Assembly (NCBI GenBank): GCA_949358305.1
Contig: OX442314.1
Coordinates: 30,194,001 to 30,258,000, forward strand
DNA: 64,000 bases
Reading direction: 5' to 3'
Origin: Strigamia acuminata
Lineage: Eukaryota
This document shows, piece after piece, positions 1 to 13,581 of this stretch. Under the pieces are notes generated by a model, which was not told the origin of the DNA, searched no databases, and saw only the letters and a list, made by a program, of their open reading frames with translations. Both the position numbers and the translations under genes were made by a program. Within the stretch, counting starts at the first letter, position 1, and each line of letters opens with the position of its first letter.

Positions 1-3000
1 ACACTTTGTCCGCGTTCACTTCAGCAAAAACAAACGGAGTGTCGTACTGATAACCAACATGACCTCTACGAACCGCAACCAATGAAGCCGGACCAGTACG
101 AAAAATACCTACAATAAAAATAATAATAATTACTTTTACAATAATTATTATTTTTCCAATAATTTCATCCAAATAAAACCTTCGCTTAATTCCTGCGGAG
201 TTGCATCAATCGCTTGCCAGCCGCCGTAGCCTTTCGGCAAATCTGGTCTCTCCATCCAGCAATCATTCCAGACATGAAAATTCCTTTAAAATTTGAAAAA
301 TAAGATTTAAAAAAATATATACATCCCCACATCGACATTTCTGGAATAAAATTTACCAAACAGAATCATTGTCTAAGTGCTTGACGCGTTTTCCTTTCTC
401 GTTAAAATGGTGGTCTATCGTGATGTTAGCATCCGTGTCGTGTGCCGAAGCAAAATTAGTGACCGATCTTGTGGGAATGCCCAGTGCTCGCATAACTAGA
501 TAATAAAATTCAAGTTAAGGGTTGTCCAAATACCAAATGAGCTTAACAGCAGAATACCACAACCGAGTTTGGTTTTTACCAAATAGGACTCTACCTCTCA
601 TGGCAACCACTTGAACATTGCACAGCAAATTCCCGCATGTGGTAACACTTGCTCGAACTTGCTCCAACTCTCAATGTATTGTGACCAGCTGCCCCTGCAC
701 GCTGATCACTGCCCTTCAATGCAAGGCACTTGGTGCAGCTCTCTCGCCTCTCGCGGCGTCTGTTGCGGTCCTCCGCAACCAAGTGGAGCTGAGGGCCCTT
801 GATTCATCCAATCGGGCCCCGGAAGTGACCCTTCCGGAAGTGGGTGGGCCCCGTAGCGGCCCACGAGTTGTTACACAGCTAACAAGACAAACGGTCGCAT
901 TCCGACCGTCTCCCAAACTGACTGCAATGACGACCCGAACGATCGGCATGGCGACTCTGTCACCCGCCCGGACCTGAGCATCCGTGGAAGACCATGTCCG
1001 TCCAACATTCTCCGTGGACGTTGTGACGGCGTGGCAAAAACGAAACTCCGACCACACGTGTCATGAGGCCCAATGGCCGCCATGACATGTGGTATGATCA
1101 CATTGGGAAATACACTGTGGGACACCTAAATCATACCCCTAGACAACAATAAAGTATAACAATCTAAACCATTGTGTCTCTTGTGTATTTCGGAAGTTGT
1201 TTTCATCGTGTGTGTTGCGTCCAGCGTCTCGTGGCCCTCCCCTGACCATGTGGCGTCCGTCCAAACACTCACAATTTTACAATATATTGCCTTTCAAAAT
1301 ATATTGCAATACATTGCGAAAAAATTCCAATGTATTTTTTAACCATTGGTTTTTCAATATGTTATTTCAGACAAATCACAAGTGGTAAACTGCTTTGTAC
1401 TAATTGGGTTCACATTGACAAATTACTTGTGGTGGTGACACCGGAAAATACCCAGCACTGTCCGTACTTGACCGGTTCGGCACTTCCATTGTACCACTTT
1501 TGTAGGATTTGTACACTGCCTTGCCAATCTGTTGGCGGAGTGCCACCTTCGTAATCACCAGACCAATTTCCCTCCAATACGCCTAAATCATCATTTGCAT
1601 TAACCTAAAAAAAGAAATTAACCAAAACATAAGAAAGAATTTTTCCTTCATTTGTTTTCGCTTACCATTGCTGACACAATACGTGCAACATGAATCGGCG
1701 AAGCTCTGTGCCGATAACGGATATTTGACCAGTCCAATAATACCATGCAAGCATCAAGAATATTGCTTTCGTACTAAAAAAATTTTAAAAAAATCAAAAT
1801 ATCCCTATATTATGTGTCCAAAACACATAAAGTTATTTAAACAAAATTTCTTTTTAAATACCTGTCCAAAATTCCAAACACATGGTCTGAAACTACTGGC
1901 AGCACCCCTCCATATTTTCCCAACATCATTCAAAACATATTCTTCGCGAAAGCTGTTATCTCGCATGAAGACAGAGTCATCTAAAAAGAATTAAATCTAA
2001 TTAAACAACACATCAACAGAAGGTTTAGAATTATTATTCTTTTACCTTGACACCAAGGGTTAAACAGGACGTATAAAGTATTAGATTGAAATCTATTCAT
2101 GATTGGATCACCGACATAATTAGTACGAATATCTTCTTGGCGAATAGTCTGAATTTCAAGAGACCAAACTCCAATGATGCAATCTGTCATAAAATAACCA
2201 TAAGAAATGTACCATAATTGCAATCTTGTCCCAAGTACGTGACAAAAAATGTTAACCACACAATTAATCAATTAAACCTTGGATCATTTTATCAAGGTTA
2301 ATTCAACGTGTAGACAGGGCTGGACAACTAACCACACATCAATTAACCGAGTAAACAATTGTGACCAGCTGCCCCTACGCGCTGATCACTCGCCTGCAGC
2401 ACAAGGCACTTAGTGCAGCTCTTGCGCCTCTCGTGCACCTGATGCGGTCCTCTCTCCTCTGCAACCAGGTGGAGCTGCGGGCCCTTGATTCATCAATCGG
2501 GCCCCGGAAGTGACCCTTCCGATAGCGGTCCACGAGTTGTTCAACAGACAGCATGGTGAACGGTTGCATTCCGACCGTCTCTCCAGAACTGACTGCGATG
2601 GCGACCTGAATGATTGGCAAACGTTCTCTGTGAACGTACGATGGCGTGGCAAAAACGTAACCCCAGCGGTGCCACGCGGTCTGAACAGGGATGGATGATA
2701 CAGCCATCACATTAGGAATTACACTGTGAGACAACTAAATCATATCCCTAGACATCAATAAAGCATAACAAACTAAACCTTATGTACTTCGAAGGTTGTT
2801 TTCATCATATGTGTTGCGTCCAGCACCTCATGACCCTCCCCTGACCACGTGGTGTCCGTCCGAACAGTCACACGATTACAGTAATCAAGCAGACAATTAA
2901 ACAGGTGAAAATGAGCGCTAAAATAGGCAAAAATAAAAATCTTCCGTTTCATTTTCACCCCTTTTATCGTTTCCCCAATTAATTGATTTCCTGTTAATTG

Positions 3001-3870
3001 TCTGTACGGTTAATCCAAATAGATGACACCTGGTTACTTGTCGCCCTTTCCAATAGACCATTGGAAAATTATGACATAATGTAGTTTGGCTCTGCCCACA
3101 ATAAGAAAACTACAAATTAACAATGTTATAATGTTATTTTGCAATGGTTTTCTCATAGAGGAGAGCAACATTGTCACAATCACACGTATCATCTGATCTT
3201 ATTTTTCCAATGGCCAATCCCTATACAGCCATTGCTGTGGACATTTGGATACGAAATGGACATCCACTATTTCATTGTTTTCTCCTTACCTGATGGCACA
3301 GTGATTGAAACATAGATCTCTCTTCCCTTGTTATTAGTCATATTCGCACTCCACGTATCACGGATAACTTCCGTGTGGTCTGGCTCATAGTAAACAGGAA
3401 TTAACGCTTCAGTTGCTTGGCTAACCATTGGAGTTTTTCCTGCATGGATGGAATGGATTAAAATGAGAATTCATGCTTTAACTAGCCTGATATCAGCTTA
3501 CCTATTTGAAACAGTAGTCGCATAATATCTGTGTCGTCATCATAATTTGTGTCAAATGACACTTTAATGAGAAAAGGCTGGCCACGTCTAATGACCAATT
3601 GATTGTCTTTTTGGCGATTGATAAAAAATTTATCTGTGTGATGCAGAGAACCATTCTTTTCTTTGCACAAGTCGACGGATGAAACTGCAGGAATTGATCG
3701 TCTTTCTCCAACTTTATCCACGAAAGTGTAAGAAAACGCACCTTAATGACAAAAAGGAAATGATGTAGTGCAATAGAGAAATCGATGCTGAGCTTACTCC
3801 AATCTCTGAATAATTCTCTTGTTGGTAGTTCTTTCGGTTGAGGAATTTCGTTGCTAATACGATCGGACAT
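1..3870 (-). CDS. Transglutaminase (protein-glutamine gamma-glutamyltransferase, hemocyte/annulin type); 3' part lies outside the window
   Basis: Coding exons with GT-AG ends and consistent phases: 3870-3798, 3741-3502, 3439-3290, 2183-2046, 1980-1862, 1773-1666, 1604-1427, 495-357, 283-180, 108-<1. Motifs: [23 protein letters not shown], catalytic [59 protein letters not shown]. Confidence 0.96.
680..1273 (+). mobile_element. Solo-LTR-like element, copy 1 (transglutaminase intron)
   Basis: GC-rich block bounded by TGTGA...TCACA, internal AATAAA near 1148, homologous to 2360-2872. No clear target-site duplication. Confidence 0.65.
2360..2872 (+). mobile_element. Solo-LTR-like element, copy 2 (transglutaminase intron)
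   Basis: Same TGTGACCAGCTGCCCCT start and TCACA end as 680-1273, internal AATAAA near 2757, flanks caat/cgat (4-bp TSD with one mismatch). Confidence 0.65.
3053..3215. mobile_element. Short MITE; second copy at about 20409-20568
   Basis: Shared core gtttggctc(t/c)gcccacaataagaaaa..caaattaacaatgttataatgttattttgcaatgg and imperfect terminal inverted repeats atagacc.ttggaaaa. Confidence 0.6.
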
Positions 3871-4014
3871 CTTTGATGGAATATTAAAAACTCAGTCGGT
3901 TATTGTCTAAATTGAAGAAGAATTTAAGTTTGACAAAAAAAACGAAAAAAATCTGCACTTTTGTACACACGTTGTGCATTTTGAACCTTAAAAGGGCATT
4001 TTTCTACCTAGAAA

Positions 4015-4650
4015 TTGCCTGATTGCAGTTAGAAATGGCATTTTTACACATAAAAATTGCATTTTTACACATAAAAATTGCATTTTTACACATAAAAATT
4101 GCATTTTTACACATAAAAATTGCATTTTTACACATAAAAATTGCATTTTTACACATAAAAATGGCATTTTTACACATAAAAATGGCATTTTTACACATAA
4201 AAATGGCATTTTTACACATAATAATGGCATTTTTACACATAATAATGGCATTTTTACACATAATAATGGCATTTTTACACATAAAAATGGCATTTTTACA
4301 CATAAAAATAGCCTGTTGCAGTTAGAAATGGCATTTTTACACATAAAAATGGCATTTTTACACATAAAAATAGCCTGTTGCAGTTAGAAATGGCATTTTT
4401 ACACATAAAAATGGCATTTTTACACATAAAAATTGCATTTTTACACATAAAAATTGCATTTTTACACATAAAAATGGCATTTTTACACATAAAAATGGCA
4501 TTTTTACACATAAAAATAGCCTGTTGCAGTTAGAAATGGCATTTTTACACATAAAAATGGCATTTTTACACATAAAAATGGCATTTTTACACATAAAAAT
4601 AGCCTGTTGCAGTTAGAAATGGCATTTTTACACATAAAAATGGCATTTTT
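4015..4650. repeat. 21-bp minisatellite (ggcatttttacacataaaaat) with interspersed agcctgttgcagttagaaat units
   Basis: Directly visible tandem array; it produces the spurious MCKNAIF/CVKMPFL ORFs. Confidence 0.95.
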
Positions 4651-7543
4651 GCATTCGAAAATGCCAATATGGCACTTAAAGTTGCATTTTTGTTGATAAA
4701 AATAAAATTTTCGTCTATAAAATGTTCATTTATTCATTTAAATTGGTATTTTTAGACCTGAAAATAGATTTTGTACCTAAGTGCAGTAGGCTTGTTATTT
4801 CTGAAGTGTATACATGGGTGAAATGATTAATGAAAATCGTTTAACTCAAATAGTAATTAATATCACACAGACAAAAAAAAATCCCAATTAAAATGACATT
4901 ATTTTAACTCAATTAAAGCTGACATCAAGAGCCACTCACATTGTGATGGATGATCAAGTTCTCCGATTACTGCACTCTAAATAGCACTTAACGTTTCAAA
5001 TAAAATCCCATAGAACACATGGATAAGAATTTCACGCACTCAACAGAAGAATTCTGCTTGTTAAAAAACCAAAAAATTCAAAAAAATGCACAAATCCTGC
5101 ATTAAACCCTTAATTGATTGGCCATCAATTCACACAACTCTTGCATCCCATTTGGGCGTGTCAGTTCTCATTCTGATGCCCCTCTTGAGACAGACCTGAA
5201 CCACTCCCCACTTCCCCTTATTTCACTCCATTACATAAACAGTCCATTCATTGTGAACATTCAAGACCTTTCTTAATTTCCCACAGCCACCATAAACCTA
5301 AAGTCTGCCATGTTTTAGTTTTTTCTGACTCATTTAAGCACTTTCTGCACCCTGATCTGCGCAGATGGAATACGCCCAGTATCCATCGAAAGAAGAATCG
5401 GAAAACGGCAACAAGTACCGTAATACCCCGTTTTGAAGACCATGCCAATTGTTCCTTATAATTATGAGTTACAAGCTCATAACTGATACATACATGTTAC
5501 GTATCGTTAAAAAAAGACAGAAATCGCCGTTTTTTTTCGGGAAAAATGGCAATATATGCATTTATTTCTGATTTTCGGAAAATATGCATTTTTAGCCAAT
5601 TTTGGTTTTTTATTGAATAAAAATAATTCCTACGCATTTATGGATTTATCCTAGCCCTATTTCTTTTGTATGCACTGGAAGAAGTTTATAGCAATAATTG
5701 GAAAATTTGCAGTGCAAATAAAGTTTGTGCATTTATGAAATAAATGAATTAAAATACACATGTTAGCAAAGCGTGTTGTCATTTTTAAGTGTTTGTTCAA
5801 CTCCATCACTCATTTTACATTCCTTAATGTCATTAAAAGATATTTTTGTTTGTGTAAATCATTTCCATTCCATTTTTATGTCAACTGTGCCACTTTTTAA
5901 TCATATTAGAGTTTTTTTTTTATTTAAATTTAAATAGGTGTAAACAACCTGTTGTTAATTCAGTGGGATTTGCATAGCAAATAAGTGAATGGAATTATGC
6001 ATGCTTTTTGACAGGAATTTGAAATAAGGCCATGTGGGATTTTTTTTTCTTTTTTAAAAAAAGGAAAAGTAAAATAAAATTGTTTCCATGAATTCCAAAA
6101 AAAAAAATTAAATTAGGACTAGAAAAAAAATACTAGAAAACATTTCCTGTGCCAGTTTGGTCACAAAACAGATCCTTTTACAGGACTAATTCTGCTTAAG
6201 TTAAAAATTACTCATTGAATGATCATCTTAAATTGCTAATCACAGCAGAAACAAGAAACAGGAAACACGTGACCTCAAATATCAACTGAATGAATTCTTA
6301 AAGAACCATAAATTAGATTTAATTCAGATTCTATAATTAATCAATTTAAATATTAATTTAAAAAACATTACATTTCATGCTCAAGAGTCCATTGCAATAA
6401 CACAAAAACAACTACTTTAAAGGTCAAATCATGTACAAAAGTAAAAGTTTTAAAACTGCTTCCAGAATACAAAAAAAAAAACCCAACAAAATAAAATTTC
6501 AAATATTAATTAAGTACTAAAACAGTTTCAGGAAAAATTTATTATAATTTTAATTTCAAGTTCAACATTAAAATAATTTTTTTTTTTTTTGCAATCAAAA
6601 ATTTTGAAACTTCAAATTTACAATTTTTTTGCAAAAAAAAAAAAGAAAAATCAAAAAAGATATTCAAAAAAATCTCATTACCTCCAAATGTGCCTGTGTC
6701 TGCTTTGGAATGCAGCCTCAGAGTAACTCTTCCAGTGGTGACCACATATTACGTATTTGGCCACGCCTTATAGTGGTTTGTGATTAAATATGGCACTAAA
6801 AGTCAACCTCAGTCCATTTATAGACAAATTTGACCTCTTATTTTCACTACAAGGAATACCTAAGTTGATAAACCCTTTTTTCACACCAAAAAATCGTCAA
6901 TTTGAGTTTGTTTAAGAAATAATGTCTTCAGGCTACTTAAATCTCGTGTAGATAAGTTCATTTTAGTGGGCCAAGGGGGTAAGTCACACTCACAATCCCA
7001 AATAATCATTTCATTTCACAGTGTGTGTGAAAAATCACAATATGAAATCAAAAGGAAAGAAATGGAAATTGTCAAGGAAATTCATTCATGTGGAAAAATT
7101 AAAAATTAAAAATAAAAAGAAGACAAATTGGTTTTAATTAGACAAATCTCTTCCAATTTAAGTACTTTCCCTTTTTTTGAAATCCTCAGTTTCAGTTTAC
7201 TTGGTTTCTTGTTTCAAGCAACCATTGCAAAATAAACAATGATATCATCAGAACTAATTCACCGAAAAGAGAAGATAGCAATGTTTTACTCATGGTCTTA
7301 TGGTTTTCTCACAAAAAAAAATATTAAAATAATATTTGATTAACCAATGGACATGCTATTTGAAAATTGTGCCTACAGATGGCAGTGGGGCTCAGTACAA
7401 CCGTCGAACAAGAACCATAGAGGGAAATCAGAGAGCATATGAAAATTATGCAGGGTGAAAGTAGAAAGGATGTCTTGCCGAAACTTACCGCCGCTAAAGA
7501 AGTTTCACTTCAAACATCGTTGTCGCCAATTAAGCGCCTACCC

Positions 7544-7830
7544 CAGGGGTCGGCAACCTTTTGAGACGGAAGAGCCAAAAGTTATAATTCACAAAATTTC
7601 ACAGTTTTTAAAGAGCCACTAACATTTTTGTTTCAATATTATGGTATTTGATTAGGATTAGGTATATAAATTTGATTTTTGATTTAAAATAAATAGCTTT
7701 AAATATGAAATAATATTTATTCATATATAAACATAAAAATGTTTTGCACAAAATACAATTATTAATATTTGCGCATGAAACTGGCGAGCCGCATCTTGAC
7801 ATCGAAAGAGCCGCAGGTTGCCGACCCCTG
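7544..7830. mobile_element. hAT-type MITE
   Basis: TIR CAGGGGTCGGCAACCT / AGGTTGCCGACCCCTG; 8-bp TSD gcctaccc/gcctacgc (7 of 8 match). Confidence 0.85.
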
Positions 7831-7859
7831 GCCTACGCGCCTACTTCACACCCTACTAG

Positions 7860-8107
7860 AGGGCCGTCCATATATTACGTAACACAAAATTTGGGATGGT
7901 CATCAATCATGGTCATAACAAATTCCCGAACACCCACCCCCTAATTACGTAACAAAACTGAAATCCCCCCCCAAATTTTCCAAAAATCGTATAAAAAAGA
8001 TTATATTTAAATTATTTAAAATTTAATTTTTTTTACATGAAACGTAACAAAATTTGAAACCCCCCCCCCCACCCCCTGGTGCGTTACGTAATTTATGGAC
8101 GGCCCCT
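7860..8107. mobile_element. PIF/Harbinger-like MITE
   Basis: TIR gggccgtccata(t/a)attacgtaac at both ends. Confidence 0.75.
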
Positions 8108-8320
8108 CGGTGCGTTCAGAGTTTCTGTTTATACCGTTTACGCAGTTTATATAAACGTAATTTCCATGGTTTCAACTGTAGGAGAATGTAGGTTTGAACT
8201 TGTAAAATAATTAATTAAAAGAGATTAGATTTTATTCATGATTTCATCAACACATTGGAAAACAAACAAAATTCGGCAAAATTAATCCACAGAATGTATT
8301 GGCAATATCACTAGAAATGT

Positions 8321-11300
8321 TTACTCAGGTTTGCATAATATATCCACTACTAAATGATCCACACGAGCTGCATACGACTTGATCCGATGCACATCTTCAA
8401 CACTGACACTCCAGTTCCTGCCAAGCAATGCCGACAACCGGGCAATTTCTGTCCTCACATCGTTTGCCCATTTCCACCAAAAGTGCTTTTTAATGTCACC
8501 ATCAGATGGTTTCACTAGGTCTACATTGCCATGAATGTGCAATATGCCACCAGACTTATTTTTCAATGCCTTACATGCTACTTCCCACGCTAAAGCCGAA
8601 CTGGGAATGAGTCCTAGATTAACTCGATCGGCAACGTTGCTCGGACATACCTAAAACAATAATTCCATTTAACAATCGTGAAAACACGAGACACAGGATA
8701 TTTATATTTTACACATACATAAATAAGGTTAAAACAAAGTTACACAACAAACGGCCATTCATTAGAGAGTTTGTGGAATGCATTTTTCCCTTATTTTGTG
8801 CCACGTTACACTATTTTAGTGCCATATCGTAAGGGAAAAATCTTTAGTGTAGCGTTTTCAACGCTAAATTAAAATATAGCGCAGCCAAACAGAATTGAGA
8901 ACACTATATTGTTAGCTCCGCCCATTGCAAATGGCAAATATTTTGTTGTCCCGATCAAACACATCACAGTCATAGGTACGTAGATTGAATGATAAGTGAG
9001 GCCCTAAATTGAATTTTAGGCCCAAAACCATACTTTGTAGGCATAATAATCGAATTTTATGCAGAAATTTGCACATTTACGTCCTCAAATTGAATTTTTA
9101 GGTCCAAAATTACTAACTGTCAGTAGTTGGCTGAAATAGTGTAGTGATAACGGAAAAGTGCAGCCCGCAAAAACTTAATTTATCATTTTTCCCTTACACT
9201 ATTTTCATACCGTATAGTCTTTAACTGTAAGGGAAAAATGCATCCCGCAAACTCTCTATTGAACTGCCACCGCTATAATTAGAACTTTAAAATCGAGAAA
9301 AACAAATCGGAACGACGTCTAGGAACGGCAGTGCAACTTGTAACCAAGTTACGTGTGACAACAAGACAAGTTTGATTGCGTAATTGCATTATGCATACTT
9401 CAAAACCCCAAAATAATTATCCAATTAAAAAGTCACGAATATTAGCAGCCGACAAGATAAAAGAAAGATTTCCCGACTACTGTTCCTCTGACAAGAACAT
9501 CTGTCACCCATCTATAGATCCCCCATCCATTCTGATGCAAAAATCAAGATTACATCCTCAAAAAGCACCACTTGCATGACCTAATATCCCATGACAGACA
9601 TTTTCCTATGCAAAACAACAAAAAATTCATGAATGCTTACCTTTCTGCAGTCGCCTTCATGAACATGACATTGCATTTGCACTTTATTGAGGCGAAGATT
9701 ACGCCTTAAAGCTGACACCGCTTCAGGATTCCATTCACATGCATAAACAACGTCTGCTTTAGCATGCACAAGATATGGCAGAGTAAAATATCCAATACCT
9801 GCAAACATAAAGTCAAATCAAGTATGGAAAGTTAGTTAAACTGCACTGTGCCACCAATACGTGCACATCATCGATTATGCTCGGTGAGGCAAAGTCCAGG
9901 TTAGAGAATACTGCCTCATTTGTATTGCAGTATCCCTTTAATGCTCTAATAGGACGCGGGATGCCCATTCAACGCCCTATCCATTACAATGCAAATCTAA
10001 ATGGACCAAAACGAGTAATTCTATGTGTAAATTAACCAAAAATCACTAGATTCAATATGTAAATTGTAGAACATGATTTTATAAAAGACCTATGCCCTCC
10101 GACAGCAACAATTTACAACAATACCTTGTCTTTATGGCTCCATACAGTGAAATTGTATCTGTGATTTGAACATTAAACTATTATAACTAACCAACACAAT
10201 GTGCTTAGTTGAATTAAAAATTAAAATAAATGTTGTGAATAAAGTTAGCAGGCTCATCATCCACAAGTATGTGTTTTTATGGCTTGCTTTAAATCATAAA
10301 TCAATGCAGATTACCAGCAACTCTGCTGGCAGATGTGAAAAATGAATAAACTGTTTTAAATGATGAAATTCCACTGCATTTACTACTATAGTATTAATAT
10401 TGCTGATGCTAATGACTCAATCACAAGAAATTTTTTTTTAAAAAAAAAACCCTTATGGGCTTTCCTGTTTGAATAATTAATTACACACCACACACTCACC
10501 AACAATTTAATCTTCCAGGCAATTAATTTTCTGCTTCAATTTTTCATGTTTAAACCCTTGAATTTGCATAAAATTAAATTTGTCTGGTCAATGGTTCAAT
10601 GCCATAAATTAAGATCATTAATTATAAATTAGTATTCGAAGTAATTTCAATTAAATTGTTAGAGTTAAACACCAATTCAGCTTGAATACTATTTTATTCA
10701 TGAAGAACATCAAAATAAAACCCAAATGCCATTGTTTTCCCATTCCTACTCCGTCTACCCTCCAGGTTGTAGGCTTAGATGATTTATGAGAAATCAATAA
10801 GAAAAACCAGAATGTTTTTTCAACGGCATGATCCTCCTTTAATGCTATTTTACACATACCATTGCACAGGTCAATACCAAATGGTAATTTGCAACACATG
10901 TAAGTTTTTTTCATTATAACGAACTAATTTTTTGGATCCCTTGCGATTCATTACAATGAGACTCGACTGTATAAACATCTCTTACAACTCCCTTTAATTT
11001 TTTCTGGCGCCCTAGCTTTAAAGGGTTCGTAAATTACTTGCTCTGAATCAAACACCGTACTTTTTTTTATTTCCCTCTCTTTCGTGGCGTTTGTTACAAG
11101 GAGGTGTGTCAAAAACACATGCTCATAACTACGCTATTAGCACGCACTTAAGCTAGGTTCACACTTGCGTTTACACTAGACGCAATGCAACGCTAGGAAA
11201 AATTAGTCAAGCGCAACGCAAAGTCTGTTCACACTGTAGGGCACGTGTGAACAGAGCTGAAACAATTGATGCTGCGTCTGGCCAATCGGATGGTTTCAAT

Positions 11301-13581
11301 AAAACCTGGAATTAGATCTAGTTCTAGAACTAGTTCCAGAATCCGAAAACGACGGCCTGTTTGCATGTGGCAAAGTCTCGCCAACCAGACGTGAATCAAC
11401 GAGAGTTGGAGTCGATCGTGATTGGTTGGCCGCAAGACCTTTCCTTGCGTTTCGTCGTTTACTTCAACTTGGAGTTGAAGCAGGAATTGGCGTCAACGTC
11501 AAGAATTTTCAGACGCAAGCAGCTTGCGTTGCGTCAGTTTTCTTGCATTGCGTCTAGTGTGAACTCAAGTGTGAACCAAGCTTCAGAGATTTCCCGTTTT
11601 CACCTTTCCTTGCAGTTACGCACTTTCTCCCTACACTGATTCCTTCCAAGAATCTTACCAGCGAATAAGTCGACAACGGTTTCTCCCCTGCAATCCATCT
11701 TAGAAATCCTCAACTTCTCACTGATGTTTCCAATACTGAACATTGATTTGGTAATGTCAAATTCATATCTAGGTGTAAAAAAAAATAATTCAATTCAAAA
11801 AAAATAAATAAAGCCACATTAAAAAATAAAATGAAACGAGTCGTACATTATTTTGTTATCTACATGGCGAACCCATGAATTACTTCCTTTGAGAAGCGTC
11901 ACTTGCGGTGTGCGATAATCGTCCGCCACAATAATCCGTTTCACAGCAACACGCTCGGTAACAAGACAATCGCAGACCGCTGTCCACAGCTTGGTACCTA
12001 AAATTATCCAAAATAAAAATAATGTGCAACATAAAAACTTTTACAACCTGTACAAAAAAAACTGTATATTTTTATGTACAGTATTTTTCTTACAGGTTTT
12101 AAAGATTCAAAAGAAATACAAAGCTAAATTAATAAATTTCCCAACAAAAAAAGTAAAACAAATATAAAAAATAAGCACAAATTCTGAAACAAAATTTGGT
12201 ACAAAAAACAATATAACTTTATTCGCTGTCAATGTCAACATCTGATTTCATATGCATTTCCTTGCATAATACTGGTTCAAAATCACTATCATACCTCAAA
12301 ATATTTTGGAAATTGTATGAAAATTTTTGTTTTAAATTTAAATCAAATTGGGATTTAAAAAAGCAAATTTTTTAACCGCGCAAAATTGAAAAAGTCGTGT
12401 AAAATCGAAATTAAATTTTTTTCTAGACCGTGTTAATTAAAAACCATGTAAAAAAAGACCGTGCAAAAACGGAATTGGATATAGGTACTCATTTATAACG
12501 ACGTGCCAGTAAGTATGCTTCTTAAAGCAGGATAATACAAAAAGTCAACGTTAATTTGAGCTCCAACACAACGCAGCCTCTCTGAATTATTTCAATTCAC
12601 ACCGACCATCTGACAACAAATTAGGTTCACTTTAGCGATGCCATTTTCGCAACAAAAGCAACTTGAACCCGACCTAACCTGGTCTAACCACCATACTGCA
12701 TGTATCGCTAAAACGACCCCGTCACTAAAGTGATCAGACCCCTTGACAACATATGCAACAAATACAGCTTTAAAGCCTAGTTCACATGCATGCGTTGTTG
12801 CATCAGCTTGAAATATTTCAACTTCATGCGTCGTGTATTATAACGCACGAAATCGCACAAAATTACAAGGCACTTCAGCCAACCCGCATTGGTGAAACAA
12901 CAACGAATGTGGACGAAGCAGCTTTGGTGCGCTAACGCAGGCGTTAACGTGTGCATGTGAACTAGGCTTAACTGACTTGTACAGTCGTGGACAAAAAAAT
13001 CTTTTCTTCAGTTTAGCTGTTTTAAGTTTATCTACATATCATTATTTGTCCAGTCTATCTTTTAATACTGTTGTTAGGGCAAGACGAGAGACTGGGTCAA
13101 GATTGACGTCATTGAATCTCAATGGATTGTTTGTCACCTGGTAGATAAACTTAAAAGAGCTGAACTGAATGGAAGTTTTTTTGTCCACGACGAATAGAAA
13201 TTATGAATTTTCTAAGTTATGACGCAAAATATTAATTGTATGAATAACAAATAAATGATGTTACTGTCCGACGTTTTACAACATTATTCGCTGTATTTAT
13301 TCCAACTGCTTTTTCTTACCTAACGACTCCCACAGCTCACTTTTAAAACTATTTTCTGCAAACAATAGTAAATCTCCATGCCTTTCCCATTTTCTAGGTA
13401 CTTGACTTTCCAATTCTTCGCTCCAAACATCTTGCCCCACGAGATTCTTCAGTTGAGCCACCAGTTTATCTCTTGGAGATGAGTTTCGCTTCTTCCTCAT
13501 CAATTTTAAGCACCTAGTTGACGTAGGTGGTGACAAACACTTATTGGAATTTTGGGAACTTCTAACGCCATCTCTATCCAT
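8321..13581 (-). CDS. TRMT12: tRNA wybutosine-synthesizing protein 2 (SAM-dependent aminocarboxypropyltransferase)
   Basis: Exons 13598(ATG 13581)-13320, 11997-11847, 11768-11659, 9798-9641, 8650-8321. Motifs: VPRKWERHGDLLL, YEFDITKSMFSIGNISEKLRI, VVDLFAGIGYFTLPYLVHA, ACEWNP, ADRVNLGLIPSS, GGILHIHGNV, IKSYA. The true start may lie on an unidentified upstream exon. Confidence 0.93.
8763..9258. mobile_element. MITE of about 500 bp; inverted near-identical copy at 58925-59420
   Basis: TIR agagagtttg(c/t)gg(g/a)atgcatttttccctta; the internal sequence matches the reverse complement of 58925-59420. Confidence 0.85.
11151..11582. mobile_element. Harbinger-like MITE
   Basis: About 40-bp TIR agct(a/t)ggttcacacttg.gtt.acactagacgcaatgcaa; flanks tta/tca. 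Confidence 0.8.
12774..12968. mobile_element. Harbinger-like MITE; related inverted copy at 18232-18503
   Basis: TIR AGCCTAGTTCACATGCA with perfect TAA TSD; internal homology to 18232-18503. Confidence 0.85.
12982..13192. mobile_element. Tc1/mariner-like MITE
   Basis: TIR cagtcgtggacaaaaaaa / ttttttgtccacgac, left end preceded by TA. Confidence 0.7.

Noticed and set aside
591..1125. Several overlapping ORFs in a GC-rich intronic block
   Set aside because: They lie in the LTR-like repeat, and the frames are not conserved in the second copy at 2360-2872.
3988..4594. Repetitive ORFs (MCKNAIF, CVKMPFL, MAFLHIK)
   Set aside because: Translations of a 21-bp minisatellite that happens to lack stops in some frames.
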